In this document: positions 16,666 to 26,048 of the stretch, piece by piece
Position numbering within the stretch: the first letter of the stretch is position 1
How the letters are laid out: each line of letters opens with the position of its first letter
Source: an archaeon
Lineage (GTDB): Archaea > Iainarchaeota > Iainarchaeia > Iainarchaeales > DTGL01
Direction of reading: 5' to 3'
DNA length: 64,000 nt
NCBI GenBank assembly: GCA_029258755.1
Contig: JAPDKC010000009.1
Span: 46,967 to 110,966, forward strand
Position numbers and translations under genes: made by a program
The notes under the pieces: generated by a model
Databases searched by the model: none
What the model was told of the DNA's origin: nothing
What the model saw: the letters and a program-made list of their open reading frames with translations, nothing else

Positions 16666-17895
16666 TTAAAGTTCCCTATTTTGCCCATCTAAAAGTAACT
16701 GCTGCTGCATTGAAGCCAAAATCTGCTGAACTCTGTCAGGATTCGCCTTTGAAAGGCTCTTGACCATATCTAACAGCTGAACCAGAACAATTGAGCTTTT
16801 CTCATCCAGATGCTTTATCTCGTCCACTTCGTATTGGGCTGAAGGTTTCAATGGAAGCCAGCACTTCTCGCAGTATTCAAAGGTGACATCGTTTACATGG
16901 CTACAGCGGGGGCACTTCAAAGGCTTCAGAATATCTTCTTTCTTTTCCTCCTTCTTCAGACCGTAGAGTTTCAGGATTGCATCGTCCATCTGCTTGCCGC
17001 TCAAGTGCACATAGCGAGCTGCCATATCCGAATCGCGGACCCATCCAAAGTATTCTTTCATCTGCGCTTCCGTCAAGAACTGCGCCAAGTAGGTTGCTCT
17101 GGAGTGTCTGAAGTTGTGCGGGTTCACAGGTTTTTTCAGGCCTACCCTTCTTGCAATTTTGTGAAGCTGGAGCCTTAGTGCATCATAAGTCATCAAAGAA
17201 ACTTTGTCCACATTTGTGCTGACCCAGAGAGGCGCTTCCGGATCCTCTCTTCTGGGATGGTGGTTTATCCACTCCAGAAGGTAAAGAGCAGCACTAACCA
17301 GGCGGATTCTTCGCATGCCTGTTTTTCCGTTTATTGTGATCTTACAGCCAAATTCATCAAAGGCGACATGCTTTATTTTCATTGTTCCGATTTCGCCAGC
17401 TCTCGCACCGGATTCCCAGAGGACCGCAACAAGCGCTTTGTCCCGTTTGTTCTCGCAGAATTTGAGAAGAAGCTTTACATCCTCTGGTGTGAGCAGCTCC
17501 TCAGGAAGCTTCTTGATTCGGTTTTCCTTGACACGCATCCAAGCAACACATTCTGGGTACTCGTTGTTGCCGTTGAGCCACTTGTGGAACACTTTAAGGA
17601 CCTTGATGTAGGTGTGCACGGTTTCTTGAGATAGCCCCCTTCTCTTGAGCTCTGCTATGAATTTCATGTAATCTTCCTTTGTGGCTTTATCAAAGTCTTT
17701 ACCCAAAGCGATAGCAACAATTTTCAGAATATTTGTTTGTCTTGATATTCTCGCAACACTGAGATCTCTGGCAAAGTTGTAGTCGTGGAATTTGAGAATC
17801 AGCTCTTTGTTGTGCTTCGATATCTTTTTGGATTTTTTAATGGATTCTATTTCCTTATCTAAAAGCTTCTTATAATCGTGGAATTTTTCATACAT
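16666..17895 (-). CDS. Tyrosine-type site-specific integrase/recombinase
   Basis: C-terminal catalytic region contains R (WESGARAGE), HNFRHSRATYL and ARYVH. An N-terminal SAM-like core-binding domain is present. Confidence 0.85.
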   Translation of the reverse strand: MYEKFHDYKKLLDKEIESIKKSKKISKHNKELILKFHDYNFARDLSVARISRQTNILKIVAIALGKDFDKATKEDYMKFIAELKRRGLSQETVHTYIKVLKVFHKWLNGNNEYPECVAWMRVKENRIKKLPEELLTPEDVKLLLKFCENKRDKALVAVLWESGARAGEIGTMKIKHVAFDEFGCKITINGKTGMRRIRLVSAALYLLEWINHHPRREDPEAPLWVSTNVDKVSLMTYDALRLQLHKIARRVGLKKPVNPHNFRHSRATYLAQFLTEAQMKEYFGWVRDSDMAARYVHLSGKQMDDAILKLYGLKKEEKKEDILKPLKCPRCSHVNDVTFEYCEKCWLPLKPSAQYEVDEIKHLDEKSSIVLVQLLDMVKSLSKANPDRVQQILASMQQQLLLDGQNREL

Positions 17896-17955
17896 TTAAC
17901 TACGCCCTCCTGCACCGAAAAATTTAAAAAGGCAAGAGGCGGAGGGCGCCGAACA

Positions 17956-18096
17956 AAAAAGCCAACGCCCAGGCCGGGATTCGAACCCGGATCGCAGCCT
18001 TCCTGCAATTTGCTGAATATTAGCAGCGGGTTGCTGGGGATAATAAGGACCCGCTGGAGGTCCTTATTTCGACAGGGCTGCATCCTAACCCTTAGA
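17956..18096 (-). tRNA. tRNA-Asp(GTC) with a 69-nt intron in the anticodon loop
   Basis: Minus-strand read: acceptor GCCCAGG/CCTGGGC, T-arm CCGGGTTCGAATCCCGG, anticodon stem CAGCC/GGCTG with loop CT-GTC-G...A. The intron forms strong hairpins (AATAAGGACC/GGTCCTTATT). No CCA is encoded. Confidence 0.6.
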
Positions 18097-18156
18097 CTAC
18101 CTGGGCACAGCTTAATAAATTATAAGTTAGGTGCAAGGTTTAAAAAATAATTACTT

Positions 18157-19311
18157 TCAGAGAGGCTCAAGAACATATATCAGGCGCTCGATTTTGTGCC
18201 ATTCTTCTTTGTAAAGAAAAGGAACGCTTACACCTATAGGCAAAGCTTCAGTTGCATTAAAAATTCTAAAACCATGCTTTTTCATTATTTTGTTCATATC
18301 GATTGTAAAAACTCTTGAGCTTTTCGTTCTAAATTGAGGGATAACAATTACAATCTTTCCGTTTTCCTTTAAAACAAACCTTGCCTCATTGAAAAATTTT
18401 TCGTAGAGGGTTTGTAGCTTATTGCATATATATTTTGCTTCTTTTTCCGTAGGTAACGACTTTAGCAGCGGCCCAAGTTCTGGCTCAGTAACGATAGCAT
18501 CGAAGCTTTCTCTTCCAAAATACTTCGAAAGCTTTGTAGCATCGCCTTTCTTTATCTCAAAGCTTTGTTTTATCCCATATTTTTTCTTTACCCATTCTAG
18601 GTTTGCGATGCTTTTTCTTACTCTTGCTTCACTAATCTCTAATCCTTTAACATTAAAACCGCTCAGCATCGCTTCTTGCAAAATAGTGCCTATACCACAA
18701 AAAGGATCCAGCATAGTTGCCTTTGGTCTAACACAACTTAAATTTACTAATATTCTTGCAATTCTTATAGAGCTCATTATTTCTGGCTCTTTAAATGGTC
18801 TGCATTCATCACGCTCCTTGAATTTGTACGGATCTGAACAAGCAATAGTTTTGCCAATCCAATATTTTTGCTCTTTCACTGCAATTATATCTAAGCAGTT
18901 ATGCAATCTTTTAGCCAAAGTATGCGGCGCTAATCTCTTGCGCACGGCTTTCAGTCGATAATCCTTAAATATTTTCTTTAGAGTTCCTCTTATTTCTGCT
19001 TCATTAGTGTTGTAGGTGCTTATAGAGTAAATAAGTTTATTCGAGCTGCTTTCATAGAGCTCTTCCTGAGCGAGTTTTCGTTTTAGCTCTTCAGCTTTGC
19101 ATCTAAATAATACCTTTGCGATTTTGACAGTACCTGCAAGCTCATTTATAACTTCGCTAGCATCTATTGTTTCTACTCTTGCAATAACCCCTTCCCTGAA
19201 CCATATCAATGGCTTGAAGCCCATGTTTCTGGCCTTAAAATAGCTTACTAATTCCAAATAAGAAAGCTTTGGGTTTCTTCCAAATAGAAATATATATTGC
19301 AAGCAGGGCAC
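18157..19311 (-). CDS. THUMP-domain tRNA (guanine-N2)-methyltransferase (Trm14/Trm11 family)
   Basis: An N-terminal THUMP-like region, then class I MTase motif I LDPFCGIGTIL and motif IV AIVTEPELG. Confidence 0.5.
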   Translation of the reverse strand: MPCLQYIFLFGRNPKLSYLELVSYFKARNMGFKPLIWFREGVIARVETIDASEVINELAGTVKIAKVLFRCKAEELKRKLAQEELYESSSNKLIYSISTYNTNEAEIRGTLKKIFKDYRLKAVRKRLAPHTLAKRLHNCLDIIAVKEQKYWIGKTIACSDPYKFKERDECRPFKEPEIMSSIRIARILVNLSCVRPKATMLDPFCGIGTILQEAMLSGFNVKGLEISEARVRKSIANLEWVKKKYGIKQSFEIKKGDATKLSKYFGRESFDAIVTEPELGPLLKSLPTEKEAKYICNKLQTLYEKFFNEARFVLKENGKIVIVIPQFRTKSSRVFTIDMNKIMKKHGFRIFNATEALPIGVSVPFLYKEEWHKIERLIYVLEPL

Positions 19312-19318
19312 CGCTAGC

Positions 19319-21088
19319 TTATTTAAAAGCCTCTATAGCCTTTCTATAGTGCTCAATTATTTTAGCTTGTTCTTCTTTGGAAAGCTTTCTCTCATATTTA
19401 TCATCGCTTAGCTTTTTTCCTGTGCGCTTTTCCCATTCACGGGCAGGAATAGAATATTCGCGCTGTACTGAATCTCTGTAAAGCTCAGGAATAACATTAA
19501 ATGCGCAAAATGGAACTATCTTGCCGTTAGGCATCGCATAATGAATACAGCAGCGCTCAACGCGGTCAACATCATAGTTGTAAGTATCCATGAAGTGCAT
19601 CATACCTATAAAGAGCGAGCGATAATGGAACTCTTTTAAGCCGTCGTAAGAGCCGCTTATAAGCGCCTGCCTAATCATTCTAGCTAAATTGAGCCCTTTA
19701 GGTTGCTTATCTTTGTAGATAAAAGAATCGAGCTTTGCCAAAAGCTTGCCAGCACTTATTATTGTCTTTAGTTTTTTAACTCTGCTGTTTTTTATCTCCA
19801 TAGCAAGTTCCTCTAAGTATTCAAACAAACCCTCAACATCTACAAAGCGTGTTATTGGAACAAAGCGCTTACCATCTAAGAAAATATAAGTAGCAGCACC
19901 GCATGCAAAGTGGGTAGAAAACCTATATTGCGGCCTTCCCTTTATAGCTTCAACAAAATCGCTTATAGCGCTTACGCAAGGAACACAATAGAAATCCTCT
20001 AAAGCAATTTGCCCATCTGTCTGTTCCTCAATACACTTTATAACCTTTGGGATAGTAACTCTTTGCTTTTCCCTTTCCTTTCTTGGCATCATGCCTACCA
20101 AAGAAACTGGCTGGAAGTTCACGCCTCTAACAACGTCAATATTGTAGGCGGCATACCTTATAATATCGCCAAGCTCATGTGTATTGTAGCTGCCTATCAC
20201 TGTTGGCACTAAAACTATGCCTGCTTTGCGCGTTTTTCTTACATTCTCTATGGCTTTTGGGACTTCCCAAAAATTTTTTGGATTCGTTTCCGGTGTAACG
20301 CCATCAAAGCTCATATAGATTACGTTAGCGCCAGCTTCCACAATTCTTTTTACAAGCTCAGGATCCCGGCTAAATCTTATGCCATTCGTGTTAAATTGAA
20401 CGTGCTCAAAGCCTTCTTCGCGGCACATTTTTATAATCTCTACAATATCATCCCTTATTGAAGGTTCCCCTCCTGTAAGCTGAACAGCATTGCATGCTAC
20501 TGGCCTTTCATTTTTAAGCATCCTTAGCATTTCCCTTATTTGCTCCAAACTTGGCTCATATACTGGCTCATCTCTTTTTTGATAGAAGAAGCAGTACCAG
20601 CACGAAAGATCGCAGCGATTGGTTACAACTATGTTTGCCAACGCTGTGTGGCTCTTGTGCTGCTTGCACAAGCCGCAATCATTTGGACAAACAATTTCGT
20701 TTAGCTCTTTTTCCACCTGCGGATTTTCAAGTTCTATACCTGGAGAAGCAAACTTCATCTGCTTGAAGTAATAATTCGCATCTTCCCAGTAGTGATCAAC
20801 CCATAAACCATGCCTCGGGCATTCTTTGCGCAAAGAGATCTTTCCGTCCTTTTCAAATACAAGCGCCGGAATAAGCATTGCTTGCCATCTTTTTTCTTCA
20901 GCACAGGCAGGGCATAAACTCATTATAAGCCTTACCGGCCTCTCTCCTTTGCGAATAAGCTTCTTAATTATTTTTTTGCATTCTTCTTCATTAAGCTTTA
21001 CATTAGCGCTTATAGTAACCGTCCAATCTCTAAAAGCCAGGGTTCTGTCTCCGGAATATATCTTCCGCAAAAGCATACTTTTAGGCAT
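19319..21088 (-). CDS. Radical SAM protein with N-terminal Cys-rich (zinc-ribbon-like) region; function unknown
   Basis: CDLSCWYCF is a CxxxCxxC radical SAM cluster motif. Additional upstream Cys pairs are present (CPACAEE; CPNDCGLC). 589 aa. Confidence 0.6.
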   Translation of the reverse strand: MPKSMLLRKIYSGDRTLAFRDWTVTISANVKLNEEECKKIIKKLIRKGERPVRLIMSLCPACAEEKRWQAMLIPALVFEKDGKISLRKECPRHGLWVDHYWEDANYYFKQMKFASPGIELENPQVEKELNEIVCPNDCGLCKQHKSHTALANIVVTNRCDLSCWYCFFYQKRDEPVYEPSLEQIREMLRMLKNERPVACNAVQLTGGEPSIRDDIVEIIKMCREEGFEHVQFNTNGIRFSRDPELVKRIVEAGANVIYMSFDGVTPETNPKNFWEVPKAIENVRKTRKAGIVLVPTVIGSYNTHELGDIIRYAAYNIDVVRGVNFQPVSLVGMMPRKEREKQRVTIPKVIKCIEEQTDGQIALEDFYCVPCVSAISDFVEAIKGRPQYRFSTHFACGAATYIFLDGKRFVPITRFVDVEGLFEYLEELAMEIKNSRVKKLKTIISAGKLLAKLDSFIYKDKQPKGLNLARMIRQALISGSYDGLKEFHYRSLFIGMMHFMDTYNYDVDRVERCCIHYAMPNGKIVPFCAFNVIPELYRDSVQREYSIPAREWEKRTGKKLSDDKYERKLSKEEQAKIIEHYRKAIEAFK

Positions 21089-21177
21089 TTGTATCCCCAG
21101 ACGCTTATTAAAATAAGTTAGTAAAACATTTAAAATGTTTAATTTTTAAACCTTCTTAGAGGAGTTTTTATATAGCT

Positions 21178-21262
21178 GGTGGGGTGGCCCAGTGGTCCAC
21201 GGCGGCAGCCTGCTAAGCTGCTGGGCGTAATGCCCGCCCGGGTTCGAATCCCGGCCCCACCG
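21178..21262 (+). tRNA. tRNA-Ser(GCT)
   Basis: 85 nt with a type II layout: acceptor GGTGGGG/CCCCACC, a 3-bp D-stem, anticodon loop CT-GCT-AA, a long variable arm (GGGC-GTAAT-GCCC) and T-arm CCGGGTTCGAATCCCGG. Confidence 0.85.
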
Positions 21263-21351
21263 CTTTCGAGTTTTTAATAATAAACCAACTAATTCGCTTT
21301 TTTGACAGAAACGAAAAAAATAAATACAAGCTTACATACATACTTCATACA

Positions 21352-22215
21352 ATGAGAATGCACAAGCGAGGCAAAGAAAGCGATCTTCTTTCAGAGAAAA
21401 ACAAACAAAAGCTAAAGGAGATAGGTTTTACTGAAGCACAGATCGCACGCAGAGCTAAGCAACCTGGCTGGAATGTAATTTTAAGGATTGATTCAAGACA
21501 GTTGGAAGAGATAATTTCGTATGCAAAAAGACATTTGGGCGAAGAAGGAGCTCGTATTCTTCTTGGCAAACTCGCCCATCCAAAATTTCAAAAAGAATAC
21601 AAAGAAAAAAGAGGCAGAGCTGTACCAAAACCAGAAGAACTCGAATCAGCAGTACTACAAGCCGGCGAAGTTGCACGAGAATGGAAACTTCCAGAAGGCC
21701 TAAGAGGGGCTTTTGTGCTAGATAATCTCACTTTTTTCCTATTGCATCGGCTGCCTAAAGCAAAAATTCTTGCTGCAAAAAAACTGCTTGGTAAAAAATA
21801 TGATTTTTTGCGCCAGCATAGTTTTAGAGAGAGTGAAATTCTAACGCTTCTTAGGACACCTAAAGGCTCAGAATGGCTTCGCTTATTAGATGTTCGAAGA
21901 TTTCAAGGATTGAAAGATGTGCTATCTCGTTACAAGCTGGGTTCATTGTTTCCCGTGGTATTAAGAGCTGACTTACACGGGAGGCTTCGCCTAAAAACAG
22001 CGAGGGATCTCAAAGAGAAAATAGGAAGAATCTTCGCTATAGGTGTAAGGTATGGAGTACCTCAAGAGAAGATAAAAGCTTTGCTTAGGAGGAAGCCACA
22101 CCTGCTCATTCACCCATGCAAAACATTCGAAGGTTTTCTACGACTTTCTTTAAAGCTTAGGCCTTCGATAACTGGGCAGAAAAGAGCTAAACGAAGGAGT
22201 CCAAAGCCAAGGTAA
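21352..22215 (+). CDS. Basic (Arg/Lys-rich) hypothetical protein
   Basis: 287-aa ORF between two tRNA genes with no recognisable catalytic motif. Confidence 0.4.
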   Translation: MRMHKRGKESDLLSEKNKQKLKEIGFTEAQIARRAKQPGWNVILRIDSRQLEEIISYAKRHLGEEGARILLGKLAHPKFQKEYKEKRGRAVPKPEELESAVLQAGEVAREWKLPEGLRGAFVLDNLTFFLLHRLPKAKILAAKKLLGKKYDFLRQHSFRESEILTLLRTPKGSEWLRLLDVRRFQGLKDVLSRYKLGSLFPVVLRADLHGRLRLKTARDLKEKIGRIFAIGVRYGVPQEKIKALLRRKPHLLIHPCKTFEGFLRLSLKLRPSITGQKRAKRRSPKPR

Positions 22216-22261
22216 AAGAATTTGATATTTTTTTAATCCTTTTTCAAATAGAAATAAGATT

Positions 22262-22630
22262 ATGGGAATATTGAAATTACTGGAAAGAAAGGAGAAGAAG
22301 CCCCTTGGTGTTTGTATCCCAGAGCATCAAAAAAGAAGAATAGAAGAACTTTCAAAAAAAGAGCCTAAGATAAAAGCGAGCGGTGATGCGAGCTTTGAGG
22401 TCACAGAATACTTCCAAATACATGAGTTTGCAATAATAAAAGGAAACGTCCTTAAAGGGATTGTAACAAATAAGGATAAACTCTTAATTGGCGGCAAGAA
22501 GATTAAGATTGCGGAGCTCTGGATGAACAACAGAAAGGTGTGTATGTTAAACGAGGGCGATTCTGGAGCAATATTCATAAATACCAAAGGTTTGCGCTTG
22601 CAGCCAGGGGAAGTTTTGCAGATAGAATAA
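22262..22630 (+). CDS. Hypothetical protein with beta-barrel (EF-Tu domain-2-like) C-terminal region
   Basis: 122-aa ORF that ends 6 nt before tRNA-Leu. Confidence 0.35.
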   Translation: MGILKLLERKEKKPLGVCIPEHQKRRIEELSKKEPKIKASGDASFEVTEYFQIHEFAIIKGNVLKGIVTNKDKLLIGGKKIKIAELWMNNRKVCMLNEGDSGAIFINTKGLRLQPGEVLQIE

Positions 22631-22636
22631 CCTAAA

Positions 22637-22720
22637 GCAGGGGTACCGAAGCGGCCAAACGGACCAGGCTCAAGACCTGGTGGCTTAGTGCCTTCGGCGG
22701 TTCGAATCCGCCCCCCTGCA
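22637..22720 (+). tRNA. tRNA-Leu(CAA)
   Basis: 84 nt: acceptor GCAGGGG/CCCCTGC, anticodon stem CCAGG/CCTGG with loop CT-CAA-GA, a long variable arm and T-arm GGCGGTTCGAATCCGCC. Confidence 0.85.
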
Positions 22721-22753
22721 TTTAGAAAATGCTGATAAAAATGCAAAAGGAAG

Positions 22754-23056
22754 TTACAATTCAATTCCTAATTTTTTTCTCGCTTCAGCACTTATTCTTT
22801 CTGGCGTCCAAGCAGGCTCAAAAACAAGCTCAACCCTGCATTTTTGCACATCTGGTAGCTTAGAAACAGTCTCTTCAACCTGGGATTTTAAATATCCTTG
22901 GAGAGGACATTGGGGATTTGTCAAAGTCATCTTTACTACGACTTCTGAGCCTTTAATCTTCACTTCATAGATGAGTCCTAAATCCACTACACTGAGACCT
23001 ATCTCAGGATCTGTAACGCTGGCTAAAGCTTTCCATACTGCTTTTTCTTCAATCAT
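22754..23056 (-). CDS. DUF59/MIP18-family Fe-S cluster assembly protein (SufT-like)
   Basis: DPEIGLSVVDLGLIYEV is the DUF59 signature; 100 aa. Confidence 0.8.
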   Translation of the reverse strand: MIEEKAVWKALASVTDPEIGLSVVDLGLIYEVKIKGSEVVVKMTLTNPQCPLQGYLKSQVEETVSKLPDVQKCRVELVFEPAWTPERISAEARKKLGIEL

Positions 23057-23061
23057 AAAAA

Positions 23062-23283
23062 CTACTCTTTAATATGTATACAGTTTACTGGACAATTTCC
23101 TTCAGCTTGCTTTGCGCATTCTTGCTCTTCGGCGGTAAACTCCTTTTCGAGCACCATGTTGCTGCCTTCAGCAGCAGCTCCTTTTAGCTTTGCTTTAGCA
23201 CCTTCCATTTCGAAAAGAGCCGGACATAAAGCTGCGCAAGTGCCACAACCAATGCATTTTTCAACCTCGTGCACAACCTTCAT
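23062..23283 (-). CDS. 4Fe-4S ferredoxin
   Basis: CIGCGTCAALCP plus a distal CPVNC; 73 aa. Confidence 0.8.
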   Translation of the reverse strand: MKVVHEVEKCIGCGTCAALCPALFEMEGAKAKLKGAAAEGSNMVLEKEFTAEEQECAKQAEGNCPVNCIHIKE

Positions 23284-23304
23284 CCCATCACGCTCCGTAG
23301 TTTT

Positions 23305-24438
23305 TTAACATTGCCCGCTTCCAGCCCCTGTTTCGGAGCTCAGCTCCTCAGAGCATTCTTCAGGTGCTTCTTTAAACGCAGAACATATCGCCTTCTTAAA
23401 ACTTTCAGGCGATCTATTGCCTGAATATTCCACATCGTTTATGAAAATTGTTGGCGAACCTCTAACACCATACTTTTCGTTTAGTTCAACCTCCTTTTCA
23501 AGCAAAGCTATTGCTTCATTGTTGAAGCATTCCTCTATTTTTGCAACATCTATGCCCACTGCTTCCGCTTGTTCCTTCCAGCACGTGTCTATATTGTTTA
23601 AATTACAGTTTCCCTGATAGATTTTCTCAACATAGGGCCAAAACTTATCTGGCTCATATTTCCATATGCATAGCTGCCTCACATCTTCGCGTAGCTCAGC
23701 TATGCCGTGCATCGAGCAGTAGTTGGCATTTTCATCTATGCAGTAATCTGGATATGTATAACCATATTTCCCAGAGTATATTACATAGTGGGGCTCGAAA
23801 TCTATCTTATCTCCAAGAAGCTCTACAGCTGGTTTGAGCCCCTTCTCAGCTTGCTGACCAAACGGGCAGAAGCTCATAACAAACATAAGAACTTTAGGCC
23901 TGTCGCTTTTTGGATATTCTTTTGCAGGCTCTTTGGGCTTTTCAAACTTGAGGGGCTCGTTCAGATCGTAAATAGGGCCAAATATTATCTTCTTTCCATC
24001 CTTTGTAGCATATATAGGTGATGAAGGAAGCTTTCCCTGATCAGTAGTTACTTCCGCCTCTATTGAATATAGACAATCATCATATGACTCTACTTTGTTT
24101 ATCTTCAAATCCTTGAGTTCTACATTTATGCTTTTAAGATAGCTATCATAGGTTTCATAGAGGAACTTTCTAACTTTTTCCCTAACCTTGTCTTTACTTA
24201 AAGGTTCCATACAAACCATGCCTGTAGCTTCTCCCGAAGGTTTTATACTTGGTGCTTCAGCAGAGGGTTGTTTCTCACCTACAAGTTGAGTCGGATAGAA
24301 GGAAAGCATTATTATAATTCCCAACATCACGCCAAAGAGGCAGGAAAGCATCAAAAAAAGCGCTGTAAGGACTTTATTTTGAGCAAAATTTATTTTTAGT
24401 GCTTTTTTCTTTGCTTCTTTGTTCTCCTTCTTTGCCAT
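23305..24438 (-). CDS. Membrane-anchored extracytoplasmic protein, hypothetical
   Basis: Lys-rich N-terminus, one TM helix, a Cys-rich extracellular domain, and a C-terminal Gly/Ser tail ending in C. Confidence 0.4.
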   Translation of the reverse strand: MAKKENKEAKKKALKINFAQNKVLTALFLMLSCLFGVMLGIIIMLSFYPTQLVGEKQPSAEAPSIKPSGEATGMVCMEPLSKDKVREKVRKFLYETYDSYLKSINVELKDLKINKVESYDDCLYSIEAEVTTDQGKLPSSPIYATKDGKKIIFGPIYDLNEPLKFEKPKEPAKEYPKSDRPKVLMFVMSFCPFGQQAEKGLKPAVELLGDKIDFEPHYVIYSGKYGYTYPDYCIDENANYCSMHGIAELREDVRQLCIWKYEPDKFWPYVEKIYQGNCNLNNIDTCWKEQAEAVGIDVAKIEECFNNEAIALLEKEVELNEKYGVRGSPTIFINDVEYSGNRSPESFKKAICSAFKEAPEECSEELSSETGAGSGQC

Positions 24439-24628
24439 GAGAAAACACCTTAAGAAATAAAATAAAGGAATGTTTTTAAATGTACTTTAATTGTTCGAAA
24501 AATAAATAAAAGTTTTTAAGTTTGCTTAAAAGGTTTTTTACAAATAAATCAACAAAACGAATTTTAAGGAAAAAAGCAAAAAAGATATTATCGGCTGCTA
24601 AGAGGGTTGGCTGGCTTCTATGCCAGCC

Positions 24629-24976
24629 CTACAAACTTTTTAGCAGTTCTTTCCCTTTCGCTCCAATGCGCTTTGTAACGCGGGCAGCACGTGCTTTTTC
24701 ATAGCCGATAATTTTTGCGAGTTCTTCAAAGCTAAGCTTATCTTCAATAAATTTGTCTAGGGCTTTTTTATCTATATTTCTTTCCTCTATAATTCGATCA
24801 AATGAATCTTTAAGTATTTCGTTTATAAATTCGTCTCTTTTTTTATCTTCCACCTTAGCCGCAACTTCCAATCTTTTAACAAGGTTTTCTTCCAACATTA
24901 TAAAGCATTTCTTCATCTTAGGCATCTTAACCCACCAAATAAAGAAGAGTTTTTCTAATTTAAAGGTTTTGTTCAA
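24629..24976 (-). CDS. Ribbon-helix-helix (CopG-like) small DNA-binding protein, hypothetical
   Basis: KKCFIMLEENLVKRLEVAAKV fits an RHH beta-strand plus helix. The likely true start is an internal Met at 24925 or 24916. Confidence 0.35.
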   Translation of the reverse strand: MNKTFKLEKLFFIWWVKMPKMKKCFIMLEENLVKRLEVAAKVEDKKRDEFINEILKDSFDRIIEERNIDKKALDKFIEDKLSFEELAKIIGYEKARAARVTKRIGAKGKELLKSL

Positions 24977-25004
24977 GTTTTGCCTTTGAAGCCATGCTTT
25001 CTTG

Positions 25005-25775
25005 TTACCTATAAAAACGCATTAAAACCCTGGATTCAAAGAATGTTTTTTCCAACTCTCGTAGAAAACTAAAAGATTCGCTCTCCTTCCCGATTTGGTT
25101 AAGATATTTGTAAAACAGATTTTTGATTTCACTTAGGGTTCTTGGAGCCCTTTTCTCAAGCCATTTCAAAGAAACCCTCCTGTTTTTCAAATCTTTTTCA
25201 ATGAGCTTTTTTTCTTCAGGATATTTTGTTAGAAAAGAAACAAAAAAGTTCAAATTCCGGCCATAATCCAGGTGAAGGTCTCGAATATCATCTGCTATTT
25301 GGGCAGCTAATGCCCAATTACGTAGTGCTTTGCCTGCAAGTTCTGCATCTTTTTCTGAAAGACCATTCAAAAGAGCTATAATATTACCAAAATCTTCAAA
25401 TGCCCTTCCCGTGGTATTTTCCTTCCATGCAATAACTTTTTCTGGAGCTGCAAAATAACCAAGCTTCATTTCCTCTAAATACTCTTTAAATACCGCCCTT
25501 CTCATCTCAGCAAAAATTTTTATAATTCGCTTCTTTGTTTTTTTGTCCAAAGGCATTCTAACAACGAAGGAGGTAAATCTTTCTGCCGCTTGTTTTGCTT
25601 TTTCATTCTCTTTTAGTTGTCTAAGCTTCTCAAGTTTCTTTTCCCTCACAAGCTTCTCAGCTTCATCGTCAAATGCTCGCATCCATGTATAGATAAGGCT
25701 TAGCGCTTTTACAGATTCTTTACGTTTGAATTTGCCCCCCTTCTCGCGTACAAAGTTTTCAAGTATATCAAGCAT
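25005..25775 (-). CDS. Squalene/phytoene synthase family (head-to-head isoprenoid synthase) protein
   Basis: First Asp-rich motif YTWMRAFDDEAE and second motif AAQIADDIRDLHLDYGRN match the SQS/PSY family. Confidence 0.55.
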   Translation of the reverse strand: MLDILENFVREKGGKFKRKESVKALSLIYTWMRAFDDEAEKLVREKKLEKLRQLKENEKAKQAAERFTSFVVRMPLDKKTKKRIIKIFAEMRRAVFKEYLEEMKLGYFAAPEKVIAWKENTTGRAFEDFGNIIALLNGLSEKDAELAGKALRNWALAAQIADDIRDLHLDYGRNLNFFVSFLTKYPEEKKLIEKDLKNRRVSLKWLEKRAPRTLSEIKNLFYKYLNQIGKESESFSFLRELEKTFFESRVLMRFYR

Positions 25776-26048
25776 TAAATAGTAGTGTACCTTTGGTTTT
25801 GTGCCTAAGCGTAAAAGTTCTCTTCGCTCACGGAGATTTAAGAACCTATTAAAAGCTGCTTTTGTGACGGTTCTTGCAACTTTTTTTGTGAAATGCTAAT
25901 CTGGACTTCGACAAGCGCAAAGGCATAAAAACATAGATTGGCTGGCTATTTAAATTGTTTTCGTTTCTTTTACTCTGAAACCTTCTTCTTTATAGTTTTC
26001 TAAACAGACCCTTGCGAAAGTTTTAAATAAATAAAAAACTTTTTTTCT

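Noticed and set aside
17859-18150. ORFs 17859..18083 (-) and 17878..18150 (+)
   Set aside because: They overlap the intron-containing tRNA-Asp gene. Their G/R/P-rich products reflect the structured RNA sequence.
22327-22764. 145-aa minus-strand ORF
   Set aside because: It is antisense to the 122-aa gene and runs through tRNA-Leu.
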